Assembly (NCBI RefSeq): GCF_046119375.1
Contig: NW_027362767.1
Span: forward strand, 155,682,001-155,746,000
Direction of reading: 5' to 3'
Origin: Phyllobates terribilis
Lineage: Eukaryota
DNA length: 64,000 nt
Below, in pieces: positions 24,455 to 39,976 of the stretch. The translations under genes were made by a program, and so were the position numbers. Numbering within the stretch: position 1 is the stretch's first letter; the number at the start of each line of letters is the position of its first letter. The notes under the pieces were generated by a model that worked only from the letters and a program-made list of their open reading frames with translations, made no database searches and was not told the origin of the DNA.

Positions 24455-24925
24455 CCGGGAGGGGGGCAGTTCTCATGGGGTCCTCGGGGGGGGGCTGTGC
24501 TTATGGGACCTAAGGGGCGGGGCGCTCTGGGTCCTCAGGGGCTGTGCTCATGGGGTCCTCGGGGGGGCAGTGCTCTCTGGATCCTTGGTGGGGCGCTCTG
24601 GGTCCTGAGGTTGGGCAGTTATCTCTGGGTCCTCGGGGGTGGGGGCAGGGCTCTCTGGGTCCTCAGGGGGGCGGTGCTCATGGGGTCCCCGGGGGCAGTG
24701 CTCTCTGGATCCTTGGTGGGGCGCTCTGGGTCCTGAGGTTGGGCAGTTATCTCGGGGGTGGGGGCAGGGCTCTCTGGGTCCTCAGGGGGGCCGGTGCTCA
24801 TGGGGTCCCCGGGGGCAGTGCTCTCTGGATCCTTGGGGGTGGGGCGCTCTGGGTCCTCAGGGGGTGGGGGGGCAGTGCTCATGGGATCCTCGGGGAGGCT
24901 GTGCTCATGGGATCCTCGGGGGGGT
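24455..24925. repeat. G-rich composite minisatellite (~120-130-bp blocks of ~20-25-bp subunits)
   Basis: gtgctcatggggtcc recurs at 24544, 24674 and 24794; ctctgggtcct subunits. Confidence 0.85.
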
Positions 24926-26980
24926 TATCTTGGCTGCATTATTCCCTTGAGCCGCGCCCCCTCATGAAGAACAAAAAACTAAACAGTTTATTTCTGATTG
25001 AGAGCCACTATTGACTTGGTGCCAGCTCCTCTCTAAAGGGGTCTCCCATGCCTTAAAGCGGTGACATATTGTTAGGAGCATGCCATTACTTTATGATCAC
25101 TGACTACAATGAGGGCCCTGGGTTCCTTGTCTCTTCACACAATGATAGTGTATGGAGCAGCGGATAACTGTTTGCACTAAAGCACTTTCAAAATTGGTTG
25201 GGGCTGACGGAAAAATAGGAAAGCTCGGTTTTTGGCTTTATAGACTGATGTATTCCTGCCCGCTGATCTGACGCCTGCAGGAATATCCCTGCTGTGGGGC
25301 TGTCATCCTCGGGCAACGCCTCTGATCATTCTCATGTTGCTCCAGGCTCTATGATGATGATTAAAATAATATTAATAACAAGTAGTCAAATTCTGCATGG
25401 TCCCTTTAATGTTTTGCACCGGAATGTGAGTCTTTATTTTTAATATTTTTCTAACATTTCTTTCTCGGTGGTTGTGTTATAGCACATGTTGCACTCAGTG
25501 TTGTAAACAGTCATGATAAATCCAGCCTTAGGAACTGGTTACCCTGACTTCTCGGGAAATGGCTCCTCCCCTGTGACTGCTTACCGGCTTGAGAATTCTC
25601 CTCACGAGGTGCTCCAGATCCTGTTAGAGGTGGTTTTAAACCATGTAAAATTCACACCACTATTAAATCAACTAAGAAGGCAAGGAAGGTACTTTAGAGG
25701 TATCTGTATACAGATTTCCACAGTGTAGAGAGGAGAGAAAGTATCTACAGTCTCGGTGAGGGAAGAGAAAAACAGGCAATAGTTGGAAATCACATCAAGA
25801 GGAAATAAGTACCTGGTTGGCCGGGCATCAGGGTATCCGCAAGTAGGCTCCAATCCAACAATTCCATAGGATAGGTGATAACTTGTTGAACCGTGGGGGT
25901 CCGACAACTGGGACCTGCGGCGTTTTGCAGAATGGGACACTTTTATCCCTGCTTGACCACCGCTCTTATTAATTTTTCAGCCCCACAGAAAATGAATGAA
26001 CAAACCCCTAAATTTTCAGCACGTGGCTCCACCTGCCAGAACATAACTGGGAATCTTTTAACTTCCATGATACCTGGTATGGTGGCGGTTTAGGGATTTA
26101 ATTCATTATGAAAACGATATACACCACATGGCTCCATCAGCACATGGGATTAATAGTGAAGAAAATCTTTTAAATATTTTTATTTTATTTTAACTTTTTA
26201 TTATCCTAAAAAATAATCTTACGGTGCCAAAAATAAAAAAAAAAAAAAATCTATTTTTCTAAATAAAGCTTTATTAATATTGAAAAAAAAAATGGAAACC
26301 ATTTTCTCAGGTCTAATGTGGAGATTTCAGTCAGATAATTACTCGCATTGTCTCATAACGAGAAAAGAGAAGCCGATGGCTTTTTTTTTTTTTTAATTTT
26401 TGATTCCTTCCCGTCATCTACCTATGCTCCATAATTGGGGGGGACGCGGCGCTGTGTGAGGTCGTGGTCTTTTATGTTGCTAGGAGGCACCGCTTCAGTC
26501 TTAAAATGGCCGATTCTTCTCCTATCAGCCAAAAACACAGCTCCTATTGTTCAGATAATGGATCAGGGACACTTATGTCTCACAATAGGCGAGAGCGCCG
26601 ATAAATGACATTATTACAAAAAAAAAAATCCCGTTCGCCGGCCTGAAAATGGCGATAATTAGGCAACGTCTTTTGTTTCCAACAAAAAAAAAAAAAAGCG
26701 GCGCGGGGAACGCATCATCATCTTGTTGTTTTCCCAATTTCACGACCTCGGCCTTACCTCTACATTTTGTGTTTTTTTTTTTTTTATACTTCTTTTCATT
26801 TTTCGCGATGAGGCAAGGACAGGAAAATTGCCGCCATTGTCACCCTACTGACAATGAGGAGCTGTTATAGGGATTATTGGGGGGGAAATGCAGGGTCCGC
26901 ACGCGACAGGACGACCTCATCAGCCCCGGGTATCCTGGTTAACGGGCAAGTCAGCCATGACGGGTCCTGTGTCTAATCAA

Positions 26981-27627
26981 CAGGCGGTATCACATAAGAT
27001 AGGGTTAGATACATGGCTCAGCAGACGGTATCACAGGATAGGGTTAGATACGCGGCTCAGCAGACGGTATCACACAGGATAGGATTAGATACACGGCTCA
27101 GCAGACAGTATCACATAAGATAGGGTTAGATACACGGCTCAGCAGACGGTGTCACGCAGGATAGGGTTAGATACGCGGCTCAGCAGACGGTGTCACGCAG
27201 GATAGGGTTAGATACGCGGCTCAGCAGACAGTATCACACAGGATAGGATTAGATACACAGCTCAGCAGACAGTATCACACAGGATAGGGTTAGGTACACG
27301 GCTCAGCAGACGGTATCGCACAGGATAGGGTTAGGTACACGGCTCAGCAGACGGTATCGCACAGGATAGGGTTAGATACACGGCTCAGCAGACGGTATCG
27401 CACAGGATAGGGTTAGGTACATGGCTCAGCAGACGGTATTGCACAGGATAGGATTAGATACACTGCTCAGCAGACAGTATCACACAGGATAGGATTAGAT
27501 ACACGGCTCAGCAGACAGTATCACACAGGATAGGATTAGATACACGGCTCAGCAGACAGTATCACACAGGATAGGATTAGATACACAGCTCAGCAGACAG
27601 TATCACACAGGATAGGATTAGATACAC
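26981..27627. repeat. 41-bp minisatellite (~15 copies)
   Basis: Unit aggataggattagatacacggctcagcagacagtatcacac. Confidence 0.95.
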
Positions 27628-27703
27628 TGGCTTAGTAGCTTTCATAATGGTTGCATGATGTTGTCCACACACTCAGAGCACAGTTAGCTATATGCATAGG
27701 CGG

Positions 27704-27793
27704 ATTATAATGAGGACGATCTGGGCTACCGCCCGGGGCCTGAGGCTCCGGGCGGGGGGTGGGGACCCATGGCCAGATCACCCTCATTATAAT
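27704..27793. other. ~90-bp hairpin (miniature inverted-repeat element)
   Basis: attataatgaggacgatctgg pairs with ccagatcaccctcattataat (19/21); inner ccgcccggggcc pairs with ggctccgggcgg. Confidence 0.6.
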
Positions 27794-27837
27794 GTTTTCT
27801 GCAGAGGTAGGGGCAGGGGGGCCGCACTGTACCATGA

Positions 27838-27937
27838 GGCTGTGTGCCCACTATGCGTTTTTTTAAGCGTTTCCGCAGCGGCAATTCCGCCGCAGAAACG
27901 CTTGGTAGAAGGTCTGCAATGTTCCCCAATGATAATC
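27838..27937. mobile_element. End fragment of the Harbinger MITE family
   Basis: Starts GGCTGTGTGCCCAC and is the reverse complement of ~11665-11773. Confidence 0.7.
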
Positions 27938-27965
27938 CGGTCGAGCTGTCAGTGCCATGTCAGCG

Positions 27966-28456
27966 GCCCCATCCTGGTGTTTGCTTCCCCATCCTTGTCC
28001 CCCATCCTTGTGTATTCTTCCCCATCCTGGTGTATTCTTCCCCATCCTGGTGTATTCTTCCCCATCCTGTGTATGCTCCCCCATCCTGGTGTATTCTTCC
28101 CCATCCTTGTCCCCCATCCTGGTGTATGCTCCCCCATCCTGGTGTATGCTTCCCCATCCTGGTCCCCCATCCTGGTGTATGCTCCCCCATCCTGGTCCAT
28201 GCTTCCTCCCATCCTGGTATATGCTCCCCCCATTCTGGTATATGCTCCCCCCCATCCTGGTCCATGCTCCCCCCCCCATCCTGGTCCATGCTCCCCCCAT
28301 CCTGGTCCATGCTCCCCCCATCCTGGTCCATGCTCCCCCCATCCTGGTCCATGCTCCCCCCATCCTGGTCCATGCTTCCCCATCCTGGTATATGCTCCCC
28401 CATCCTGTTCCCCTATCCTGGTATATGCTCCCCCCTCACCCTGGTCCATGCTCCCC
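27966..28456. repeat. 20/21-bp C-rich minisatellite
   Basis: Unit ccccatcctggt(cc/gt)atgctc. Confidence 0.95.
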
Positions 28457-29023
28457 ATGTCCGCATAGCGCGATATCCGGTTTCATTTGAATGAATACAA
28501 ATGTGCAGACTGTATTCAACAAAATGGCGCCAAAGTATGCGCATACACTCTTTCCATTTTGTTGAAGACACTGTTCATATTTGTCTTCACTAAAATAGCG
28601 CCGGAAATCACAGTATACACTCCTCCCCTGGCCTCTCCAGAGATGACAGGACCGCACAGGTATGTGATTATGGTGCCTTTGCATATCGCGATCTCCGGCG
28701 CCACACTCCTCATCCCTGTCTGGGATGTGGATGTGTCTTTCTGTCTGTGGCCAGACAGAGCAGGTATTGCACTTGCGCAGTCTATAGAGGCTTCTGACAG
28801 AAGGACACATCCCTGATTATACTATAGGTACCAGTCATATATTGTCATATAGACTGTACAGGGCCATACGTAGGGGAATCAGGGGGGCATGTGACCGGGG
28901 TACAGCCGTCAGGGGGGTGCCTTCGGGCCCCCTCATGCGGGGGTCAGAGGTCTCTCCCAGGCAGCTGCATTTTGCATTGGACGATTCTCTGAGCTGGCTG
29001 TGGAACCGACAATCGATCAGAGA

Positions 29024-32000
29024 AGGGAGCTATGTACGGGCTCATATTGTATGTAGGGAGCTATGTGAGGGCTCCTACTGTATATAGGGGGCTATGTCAG
29101 GGCTCATACTGTATATAGGGAGCTATGTCAGGGCTCATATTGTATATAGGGAGCTTTGTACGGGCTCATATTGTATATAGGAGCTATGTACGGGCTCATA
29201 CTGTATATATGGAGCTATGTGGGTGCTCATACTGTATATAGGGAGCTATGTACGGGCTCATACTGTATATAGGGAGCTATGTGGGTGCTCATACTGTATA
29301 TAGGGAGCTATGTACGAGCTCATATTGTATATAGGGAGCTATGTGGGTGCTCATATTGTATATAGGGAGCTATGTACGGGCTCATACTGTATATAGGGAG
29401 CTATGTACGGGCTCATACTGTATATAGGGAGCTATGTACGAGCTCATATTGTATATAGGGAGCTATGTACAGGCTCATACTGTATATATGGAGCTATGTG
29501 GGTGCTCATACTGTATATAGGGAGCTATGTACGAGCTCATATTGTATATAGGGAGCTATGTGGGTGCTCATACTGTATATAGGGAGCTATGTACGGGCTC
29601 ATACTGTATATAGGGAGCTATGTACGGGCTCATTGTATACAGGGAGCTATGTACGGGTTCATACTGTATATAGGGAGCTACGTACGGGCTCATATTGTAT
29701 ATAGGGAGCTATGTGAGGGCTCATACTGTATATAGGGGGCTATGTGAGGGCTCATACTGTATATAGGTGGCTATGTACGAGCTCATATTGTATATAGGGA
29801 GCTATGTGGGTGCTCATACTGTATATAGGGAGCTATGTATGAGCTCATATTGTATATAGGGAGCTATGTGGGTGCTCATACTGTATATAGGGAGCTATGT
29901 ATGGGCTCATATTGTATACAGGGAGCTATGTACGGGCTCATACTGTATATAGGGAGCTATGTACGGGCTCGTACTGTATATAGGGAGCTATGTGAGGGCT
30001 CATACTGTATATAGGGAGCTATGTGAGGGCTCATACTGTATATAGGGAGCTATGTACGGGCTCATATTGTATATAGGGAGCTATGTACGAGCTCATATTG
30101 TATATAGGGAGCTATGTGGGTGCTCATACTGTATATAGGGAGCTATGTACGGGCTCATACTGTATATAGGGAGCTATGTACGAGCTCATATTGTATATAG
30201 GGAGCTATGTACAGGCTCATATTGTATATAGGGAGCTATGTGGGTGCTCATACTGTATATAGGGAGCTATGTACGGGCTTATATTGTGTATAGGGAGCTA
30301 TGTGGGTGCTCATACTGTATATAGGAAGCTATGTGGGTGCTCATACTGTATATAGGGAGCTATGTACGGGCTCATTGTATACAGGGAGCTATGTACGGGT
30401 TCATACTGTATATAGGGAGCTATGTACGAGCTCATATTGTATATAGGGAGCTATGTACGGGCTTATATTGTGTATAGGGAGCTATGTGGGTGCTCATACT
30501 GTATATAGGGAGCTATGTACGAGCTCATATTGTATATAGGGAGCTATGTACGGGCTTATATTGTGTATAGGGAGCTATGTGGGTGCTCATACTGTATATA
30601 GGAAGCTATGTGGGTGCTCATACTGTATATAGGGAGCTATGTACGGGCTCATTGTATACAGGGAGCTATGTACGGGTTCATACTGTATATAGGGAGCTAT
30701 GTACGGGCTCATATTGTATATAGGGAGCTATGTGAGGGCTCATACTGTATATAGGGGGCTATGTGAGGGCTCATACTGTATATAGGGAGCTATGTCAGGG
30801 CTCATATTGTATATAGGGAGCTATGTGAGAGCTCATACTGTATATAGGGGGCTATGTACGAGCTCATATTGTATATAGGGAGCTATGTGGGTGCTCATAC
30901 TGTATATAGGGAGCTATGTATGGGCTCATATTGTATACAGGGAGCTATGTACGGGCTCATACTGTATATAGGGAGCTATGTACGGGCTCGTACTGTATAT
31001 AGGGAGCTATGTACGGGCTCATATTGTATATAGGGAGCTATGTGGGTGCTCATACTGTATATAGGGAGCTATGTATGGGCTCATATTGTATACAGGGAGC
31101 TATGTACGGGCTCATACTGTATATAGGGAGCTATGTACGGGCTCGTACTGTATATAGGGAGCTATGTACGGGCTCATATTGTATATAGGGAGCTATGTGA
31201 GGGCTCATACTGTATATAGGGGGCTATGTGAGGGCTCATACTGTATATAGGGAGCTATGTCAGGGCTCATATTGTATATAGGGAGCTATGTGAGGGCTCA
31301 TACTGTATATAGGGGGCTATGTACGAGCTCATATTGTATATAGGGAGCTATGTGGGTGCTCATATTGTATATAGGGAGCTATGTATGAGCTCATATTGTA
31401 TATAGGGAGCTATGTGGGTGCTCATACTGTATATAGGGAGCCATGTGGGTGCTCATACTGTATATAGGGAGCTATGTATGGGCTCATATTGTATATAGGG
31501 AGCTATGTACGGGCTCATACTGTATATAGGGGGCTATGTACGGGCTCATACTGTATATAGGGAGCTATGTGAGGGCTCATACTGTATACAGGGAGCTATG
31601 TGAGGCCTCATACTGTATATAGGGAGCTATGTGGGTGCTCATACTGTATATAGGGAGCTATGTACGGGCTCATACTGTATATAGGGAGCTATGTATGGGC
31701 TCATATTGTATACAGGGAGCTATGTACGGGATCATACTGTATATAGGGGGCTATGTGAGGGCTCATACTGTATATAGGGAGCTATGTGCGGGCTCATACT
31801 GTATATAGGGAGCTATGTACGGGCTCATATTGTATATAGGGAGCTATGTGGGTGCTCATACTGTATATAGGGAGCTATGTACGGGCTCATATTGTATATA
31901 GGGAGCTATGTGAGGGCTCATACTGTATATAGGGGGCTATGTGAGGGCTCATACTGTATATAGGGAGCTATGTACGGGCTCATACTGTATATAGGGAGCT

Positions 32001-35000
32001 ATGTACGGGCTCATACTGTATATAGGGAGCTATGTACGAGCTCATATTGTATATAGGGGGCTATGTACGGGCTCATATTGTATATAGGGAGCTATGTACG
32101 GGCTCATACTGTATATAGGGAGCTATGTACGGGCTCATACTGTATATAGGGAGCTATGTACGGGCTCATACTGTATATAGAGAGCTATGTGGGTGTTCAT
32201 ACTGTATCTAGGGAGCAAAGTGAGGGCTCATACTGTATATAGGGAGCTATGTATGGGCTCATTGTATACAGGGAGCTATGTACGGTCTCATACTGTATAT
32301 AGGGGGCTATGTCAGGGCTCATACTGTATATAGGGGGCTATGTACGGGCTCATATTGTATATAGGGAGCTATGTACGGGCTCATATTGTATATAGGGAGC
32401 TATGTACGGGCTCATATTGTATATAGGGAGCTATGTACGGGCTCATACTGTATATAGGGAGCTATGTACGGGCTCATACTGTATATAGGGGGCTATGTAC
32501 GGGCTCATACTGTATATAGGGAGCTATGTACAAGCTCATATTGTATATAGGGAGCTATGTGGGTGCTCATACTGTATATAGGGAGCCATGTGGGTGCTCA
32601 TACTGTATATAGGGAGCTATGTACGGGCTCATATTGTATATAGGGAGCTATGTGGGTGCTCCTACTGTATATAGGGAGCTGTGTGGGTTCTCATACTGTA
32701 TATAGGGAGCTATGCACGGGCTCATATTGTATATAGAGAGCTATGTGGGTGCTCATACTGTATCTAGGGAGCAAAGTGAGGGCTCATACTGTATATAGGG
32801 AGCTATGTGAGGGCTCATACTGTATGAAGGGGCTATGTCGGGGCTCATACTGTATATAGGGAGCTATGTGAGGGCTCATACTGTATATAGGGAGCTATGT
32901 GAGGGCTCATACTGTATATAGGGAGCTATGTACGGGCTCATACTGTATATAGGAAGATATGTACGGGCTCATGCTGTATATAGGGAGCTATGCACGAGCT
33001 CATATTGTATATAGGGAGCTATGTACGGGGTTATATTGTATATAGGGAGCTATGTGGGTGCTCATACTGTATATAGGGAGCTATGTGGGTGCTCATACTG
33101 TATATAGGGAGCTATGTCATGGCTCATACTGTATATAGGGGGCTATGTCAGGGCTCATACTGTATATAGGGAGCTATGTACGGGCTCATATTGTATATAG
33201 GGAGCTATGTACGGGCTCATACTGTATATAGGGAGCTATGTACGGGCTCATACTGTATATAGGGAGCTATGTACGGGCTCATACTGTATATAGGGAGCTA
33301 TGTATGAGCTCATACTGTATATAGGGAGCTATGTACGGGGTTATATTGTATATAGGGAGCTATGTGGGTGCTCATACTGTATATAGGGAGCTATGTGGGT
33401 GCTCATACTGTATATAGGGAGCTATGTGGGTGCTCATACTATATATAGGGAGCTATGTACGGGCTCATACTGTATATAGGGAGCTATGTACGGGCTCATA
33501 TTGTATATAGGGAGCTATGTGAGGGCTCATATTGTATATAGGGAGCTATGTACGGGCTCATACTGTATATAGGGAGCTATGTACGGGCTCATACTGTATA
33601 TAGGGAGCTATGTACGGGCTCATACTGTATATAGGGAGCTATGTACGAGCTCATATTGTATATAGGGAGCTATGTACGGGGTTATATTGTATATAGGGAG
33701 CTATGTGGGTGCTCATACTGTATATAGGGAGGTATGTGGGTGCTCATACTGTATATAGGGAGCTATGTACGGGCTCATACTGTATATAGGGAGCTATGTA
33801 CGGGCTCATATTGTATATAGGGAGCTATGTACGGGCTCATATTGTATATAGGGAGCTATGTACGGGCTCATATTGTATATAGGGAGCTATGCACGGGCTC
33901 ATACTGTATATAGGGAGCTATATGTACGGGCTCATATTGTATATAGGGAGCTATGTACGGGCTCATACTGTATATAGGGAGCTATGTACGGGCTCATACT
34001 GTATATAGGGGGCTATGTACGGGCTCATACTGTATATAGGGGGCTATGTATGGGCTCATACTGTATATAGGGAGCTATGTACGAGCTCATACTGTATATA
34101 GGGAGCTATGTACGAGCTCATATTGTATATAGGGAGCTATGTGGGTGCTCATACTGTATATAGGGAGCCATGTGGGTGCTCATACTGTATATAGGGAGCT
34201 ATGTACGGGCTCATATTGTATATAGGGAGCTATGTGGGTGCTCCTACTGTATATAGGGAGCTGTGTGGGTTCATACTGTATATAGGGAGCTATGCACGGG
34301 CTCATACTGTATATAGGGAGCTATATGTACGGGCTCATATTGTATATAGAGCTATGTGGGTGCTCATACTGTATCTAGGGAGCAAAGTGAGGGCTCATAC
34401 TGTATATAGGGAGCTATGTGAGGGCTCATACTGTATATAGGGAGCTATGTACGGGCTCATACTGTATATAGGGAGCTATGTACGGGCTCATACTGTATAT
34501 AGGGAGATATGTACGGGCTCATGCTGTATATAGGGAGCTATGCACGAGCTCATATTGTATATAAGGAGCTATGTACGGGGTTATATTGTATATAGGGAGC
34601 TATGTGGGTGCTCATACTGTATATAGGGAGCTATGTGGGTGCTCATACTGTATATAGGGAGCTATGTCATGGCTCATACTGTATATAGGGGCTATGTCAG
34701 GGCTCATACTGTATATAGGGAGCTATGTACGGGCTCATATTGTATATAGGGAGCTATGTGAGGGCTCATACTGTATATAGGGAGCTATGTACGAGCTCAT
34801 ACTGTATATAGGGAGCTATGTACGGGCTCATACTGTATATAGGGGGCTATGTATGGGCTCGTACTGTATATAGGGAGCTATGTACGGGCTCATACTGTAT
34901 ATAGGGAGCTATGTACGGGCTCATACTGTATATAGGGAGCTATGTATGAGCTCATACTGTATATAGGGAGCTATGTACGGGGTTATATTGTATATAGGGA

Positions 35001-38000
35001 GCTATGTGGGTGCTCATACTGTATATAGGGAGCTATGTGGGTGCTCATACTGTATATAGGGAGCTATGTGGGTGCTCATATTGTATATAGGGAGCTATGT
35101 GAGGGCTCATACTGTATATAGGGAGCTATGTACGAGCTCATACTGTATATAGGGAGCTATGTACGGGCTCATACTGTATATAGGGGGCTATGTATGGGCT
35201 CGTACTGTATATAGGGAGCTATGTATGGGCTCGTACTGTATATAGGGAGCTATGTACGGGCTCATACTGTATATAGGGAGCTATGTACGAGCTCATATTG
35301 TATATAGGGAGCTATGTACGGGGTTATATTGTATATAGGGAGCTATGTGGGTGCTCATACTGTATATAGGGAGCTGTGTGGGTTCTCATACTGTATATAG
35401 GGAGCTATGCACGGGCTCATACTGTATATAGGGAGCTATATGTACGGGCTCATATTGTATATAGGGAGCTATGTACGGGCTCATACTGTATATAGGGAGC
35501 TATGTACGGGCTCATACTGTATATAGGGAGCTATGTACGGGCTCATACTGTATATAGGGGGCTATGTACGGGCTCATACTGTATATAGGGGGCTATGTAT
35601 GGGCTCATACTGTATATAGGGAGCTATGTACGAGCTCATATTGTATATAGGGAGCTATGTGGGTGCTCATACTGTATATAGGGAGCCATGTGGGTGCTCA
35701 TACTGTATATAGGGAGCTATGTACGGGCTCATATTGTATATAGGGAGCTATGTGGGTGCTCCTACTGTATATAGGGAGCTGTGTGGGTTCATACTGTATA
35801 TAGGGAGCTATGCACGGGCTCATACTGTATATAGGGAGCTATATGTACGGGCTCATATTGTATATAGAGAGCTATGTGGGTGCTCATACTGTATCTAGGG
35901 AGCAAAGTGAGGGCTCATACTGTATATAGGGAGCTATGTGAGGGCTCATACTGTATATAGGGAGCTATGTACGGGCTCATACTGTATATAGGGAGCTATG
36001 TGAGGGCTCATACTGTATATAGGGAGCTATGTACGGGCTCATACTGTATATAGGGAGATATGTACGGGCTCATATTGTATATAGGGAGCTATGTACGGGC
36101 TCATATTGTATATAGGGAGCTATGTACGGGTTCATATTGTATATAGGGAGCTATGTACGGGCTCATACTGTATATAGGGAGCTATGTGAGGGCTCATACT
36201 GTATATAGGGAGCTATGTACGGGCTCATACTGTATATAGGGAGATATGTACGGGCTCATGCTGTATATAGGGAGCTATGCACGAGCTCATATTGTATATA
36301 AGGAGCTATGTACGGGGTTATATTGTATATAGGGAGCTATGTGGGTGCTCATACTGTATATAGGGAGCTATGTGGGTGCTCATACTGTATATAGGGAGCT
36401 ATGTCATGGCTCATACTGTATATAGGGGCTATGTCAGGGCTCATACTGTATATAGGGAGCTATGTACGGGCTCATATTGTATATAGGGAGCTATGTGAGG
36501 GCTCATACTGTATATAGGGAGCTATGTACGAGCTCATACTGTATATAGGGAGCTATGTACGGGCTCATACTGTATATAGGGGGCTATGTATGGGCTCGTA
36601 CTGTATATAGGGAGCTATGTATGGGCTCGTACTGTATATAGGGAGCTATGTACGGGCTCATACTGTATATAGGGAGCTATGTACGAGCTCATATTGTATA
36701 TAGGGAGCTATGTACGGGGTTATATTGTATATAGGGAGCTATGTGGGTGCTCATACTGTATATAGGGAGCTATGTACGGGCTCATACTGTATATAGGGAG
36801 CTATGTACGGGCTCATATTGTATATAGGGAGCTATGTACGGGCTCATATTGTATATAGGGAGCTATGTACGGGTTCATACTGTATATAGGGAGCTATGTG
36901 AGGGCTCATACTGTATATAGGGAGCTATGTGAGGGCTCATACTGTATATAGGGAGCTATGTGAGGGCTCATACTGTATATAGGGAGCTATGTACGGGCTC
37001 ATACTGTATATAGGGAGCTATGTGAGGGCTCATACTGTATATAGGGAGCTATGTGAGGGCTCATACTGTATATAGGGAGCTATGTGAGGGCTCATACTGT
37101 ATAAAGGGGCTATGTCAGGGCTCATATTGTATATAGGGGGCTATGTGAGGGCTCATACTGTATATAGGGAGCTATGTACGGGCTCATACTGTATAGGGAG
37201 CTATGTACGGGCTCATATTGTATATAGGGAGCTATGTACGGGCTCATATTGTATATAGGGAGCTATGTACGAGCTCATATTGTATATAGGGGGCTATGTG
37301 AGGGCTCATACTGTATATAGGGAGCTATGTACGGGCTCATACTGTATATAGGGAGCTATGTACGGGCTCATACTGTATATAGGGAGCTATGTACGGGCTC
37401 ATATTGTATATAGGGAGCTATGTACGAGCTCATATTGTATATAGGGAGCTATGTACAGGGTTATATTGTATATAGGGAGCTATGTGGGTGCTCATACTGT
37501 ATAAAGGGAGCTATGTGTGGGCTCATACTGTATATAGGGAGCTATGTGAGGGCTCATACTGTATAAAGGGGCTATGTCAGGGCTCATACTGTGTATAGGG
37601 AGCTATGTGAGGGCTCATACTGTATATAGGGAGCTATGTACGGGCTCATATTGTATATAGGGAGCTATGTGCGGGTTCATACTGTATATAGGGAGCTATG
37701 TACGGGTTCATACTGTATATAGGGAGCTATGTACGGGCTCATATTGTATATAGGGAGCTATGTACGAGCTCATATTGTATATAGGGAGCTATGTACAGGG
37801 TTATATTGTATATAGGGAGCTATGTGGGTGCTCATACTGTATAAAGGGAGCTATGTGTGGGCTCATACTGTATATAGGGAGCTATGTGAGGGCTCATACT
37901 GTATAAAGGGGCTATGTCAGGGCTCATACTGTGTATAGGGAGCTATGTGAGGGCTCATACTGTATATAGGGAGCTATGTACGGGCTCATATTGTATATAG

Positions 38001-39976
38001 GGAGCTATGTGCGGGTTCATACTGTATATAGGGAGCTATGTACGGGTTCATACTGTATATAGGGAGCTATGTACGGGCTCATATTGTATATAGGGAGCTA
38101 TGTACGAGCTCATATTGTATATAGGGAGCTATGTACAGGGTTATATTGTATATAGGGAGCTATGTGGGTGCTCATACTGTATAAAGGGAGCTATGTGTGG
38201 GCTCATACTGTATATAGGGAGCTATGTGAGGGCTCATACTGTATAAAGGGGCTATGTCAGGGCTCATACTGTGTATAGGGAGCTATGTGAGGGCTCATAC
38301 TGTATATAGGGAGCTATGTACGGGCTCATATTGTATATAGGGAGCTATGTGCGGGCTCATATTGTATATAGGGAGCTATGTGCGGGCTCATATTGTATAT
38401 AGGGAGCTATGTACGGGCTCATACTGTATATAGGGAGCTATGTACGGGCTCATACTGTATATAGGGAGCTATGTACGGGTTCATACTGTATATAGGGAGC
38501 TATGTACGGGCTCATATTGTATATAGGGAGCTATGTACGGGCTCATATTGTATATAGGGAGCTATGTACGGGCTCATATTGTATATAGGGAGCTATGTAC
38601 GGGCTCATACTGTATATAGGGAGCTATGTACGGGCTCATATTGTATATAGGGAGCTATGTGCGGGCTCATATTGTATATAGGGAGCTATGTGCGTGCTCA
38701 TATTGTATATAGGGAGCTATGTGCGGGCTCATATTGTATATAGGGAGCTATGTACGGGCTCATACTGTATATAGGGAGCTATGTACGGGCTCATACTGTA
38801 TATAGGGAGCTATGTACGGGTTCATACTGTATATAGGGAGCTATGTACGGGCTCATATTGTATATAGGGAGCTATGTACGGGCTCATATTGTATATAGGG
38901 AGCTATGTACGGGTTCATATTGTATATAGGGAGCTATGTACGTGCTCATACTGTATATAGGGAGCTATGTACGGGCTCATACTGTATATAGGGAGCTATG
39001 TGCGGGCTCATACTGTATATAGGGAGCTATGTGAGGGCTCATACTGTATATAGGGAGCTATGTCGGGGCTCATACTGTATATAGGGAGCTATGTGAGGGC
39101 TCATACTGTATATAGGGAGCTATGTACGGGCTCATACTGTATATAGGGAGCTATGTACGGGCTCATACTGTATATAGGGAGCTATGTGAGGGCTCATACT
39201 GTATAAAGGGGCTATGTCAGGGCTCATACTGTGTATAGGGAGCTATGTGAGGGCTCATATTGTATATAGGGGGCTATGTGAGGGCTCATACTGTATATAG
39301 GGAGCTATGTACGGGCTCATATTGTATATAGGGAGCTATGTACGGGCTCATATTGTATATAGGGAGCTATGTACGGGCTCATACTGTATATAGGGAGCTA
39401 TGTACGGGCTCATACCGTATATAGGGAGCTATGTACGGGCTCATACCGTATATAGGGAGCTATGTACGGGCTCATATTGTATATAGAGAGCTATGTGGGT
39501 GCTCATACTGTATATAGGGAGCTATGTGGGTGCTCATACTGTATATAGGGAGCTATGTGCGTGCTCATATTGTATATAGGGAGCTATGTACGGGCTCATA
39601 CTGTATATAGGGAGCTATGTACGGGCGCATACTGTGTATAGGGAGCTATGTACGGGCTCATATTGTATATAGAGAGCTATGTGAGGGCTCATACTGTATC
39701 TAGGGAGCTATGTGAGGGCTCATACTGTATATAGGGGGCTCTGTGAGGGCTCATACTGTATATAGGGAGCTATGTGAGGGCTCATACTGTACATAAGGAG
39801 CTATGTGTGGGGCTCATACTGTATCTAGGGAGCTATGTGGGGGCTCATATTGTGTATAGGGAGCTATGTGGGGGCTCATACTGTGTCTAGGGAGCTATGT
39901 GGGGGCTCATACTGTATCTAGGGAGCTATGTGGGGGCTCATACTGTATCTAGGGGGCTGATACTGTATATAGGGGG
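29024..39976. repeat. 31-bp satellite array, ~11 kb (~350 copies)
   Basis: Unit agggagctatgtacgggctcatactgtatat, with variants gtgggtg, gtgaggg and gtcaggg. Confidence 0.98.

Noticed and set aside
25500-25940. Possible degraded LINE ORF2 fragment
   Set aside because: Only vague motif resemblance with multiple stops; it needs a profile search.
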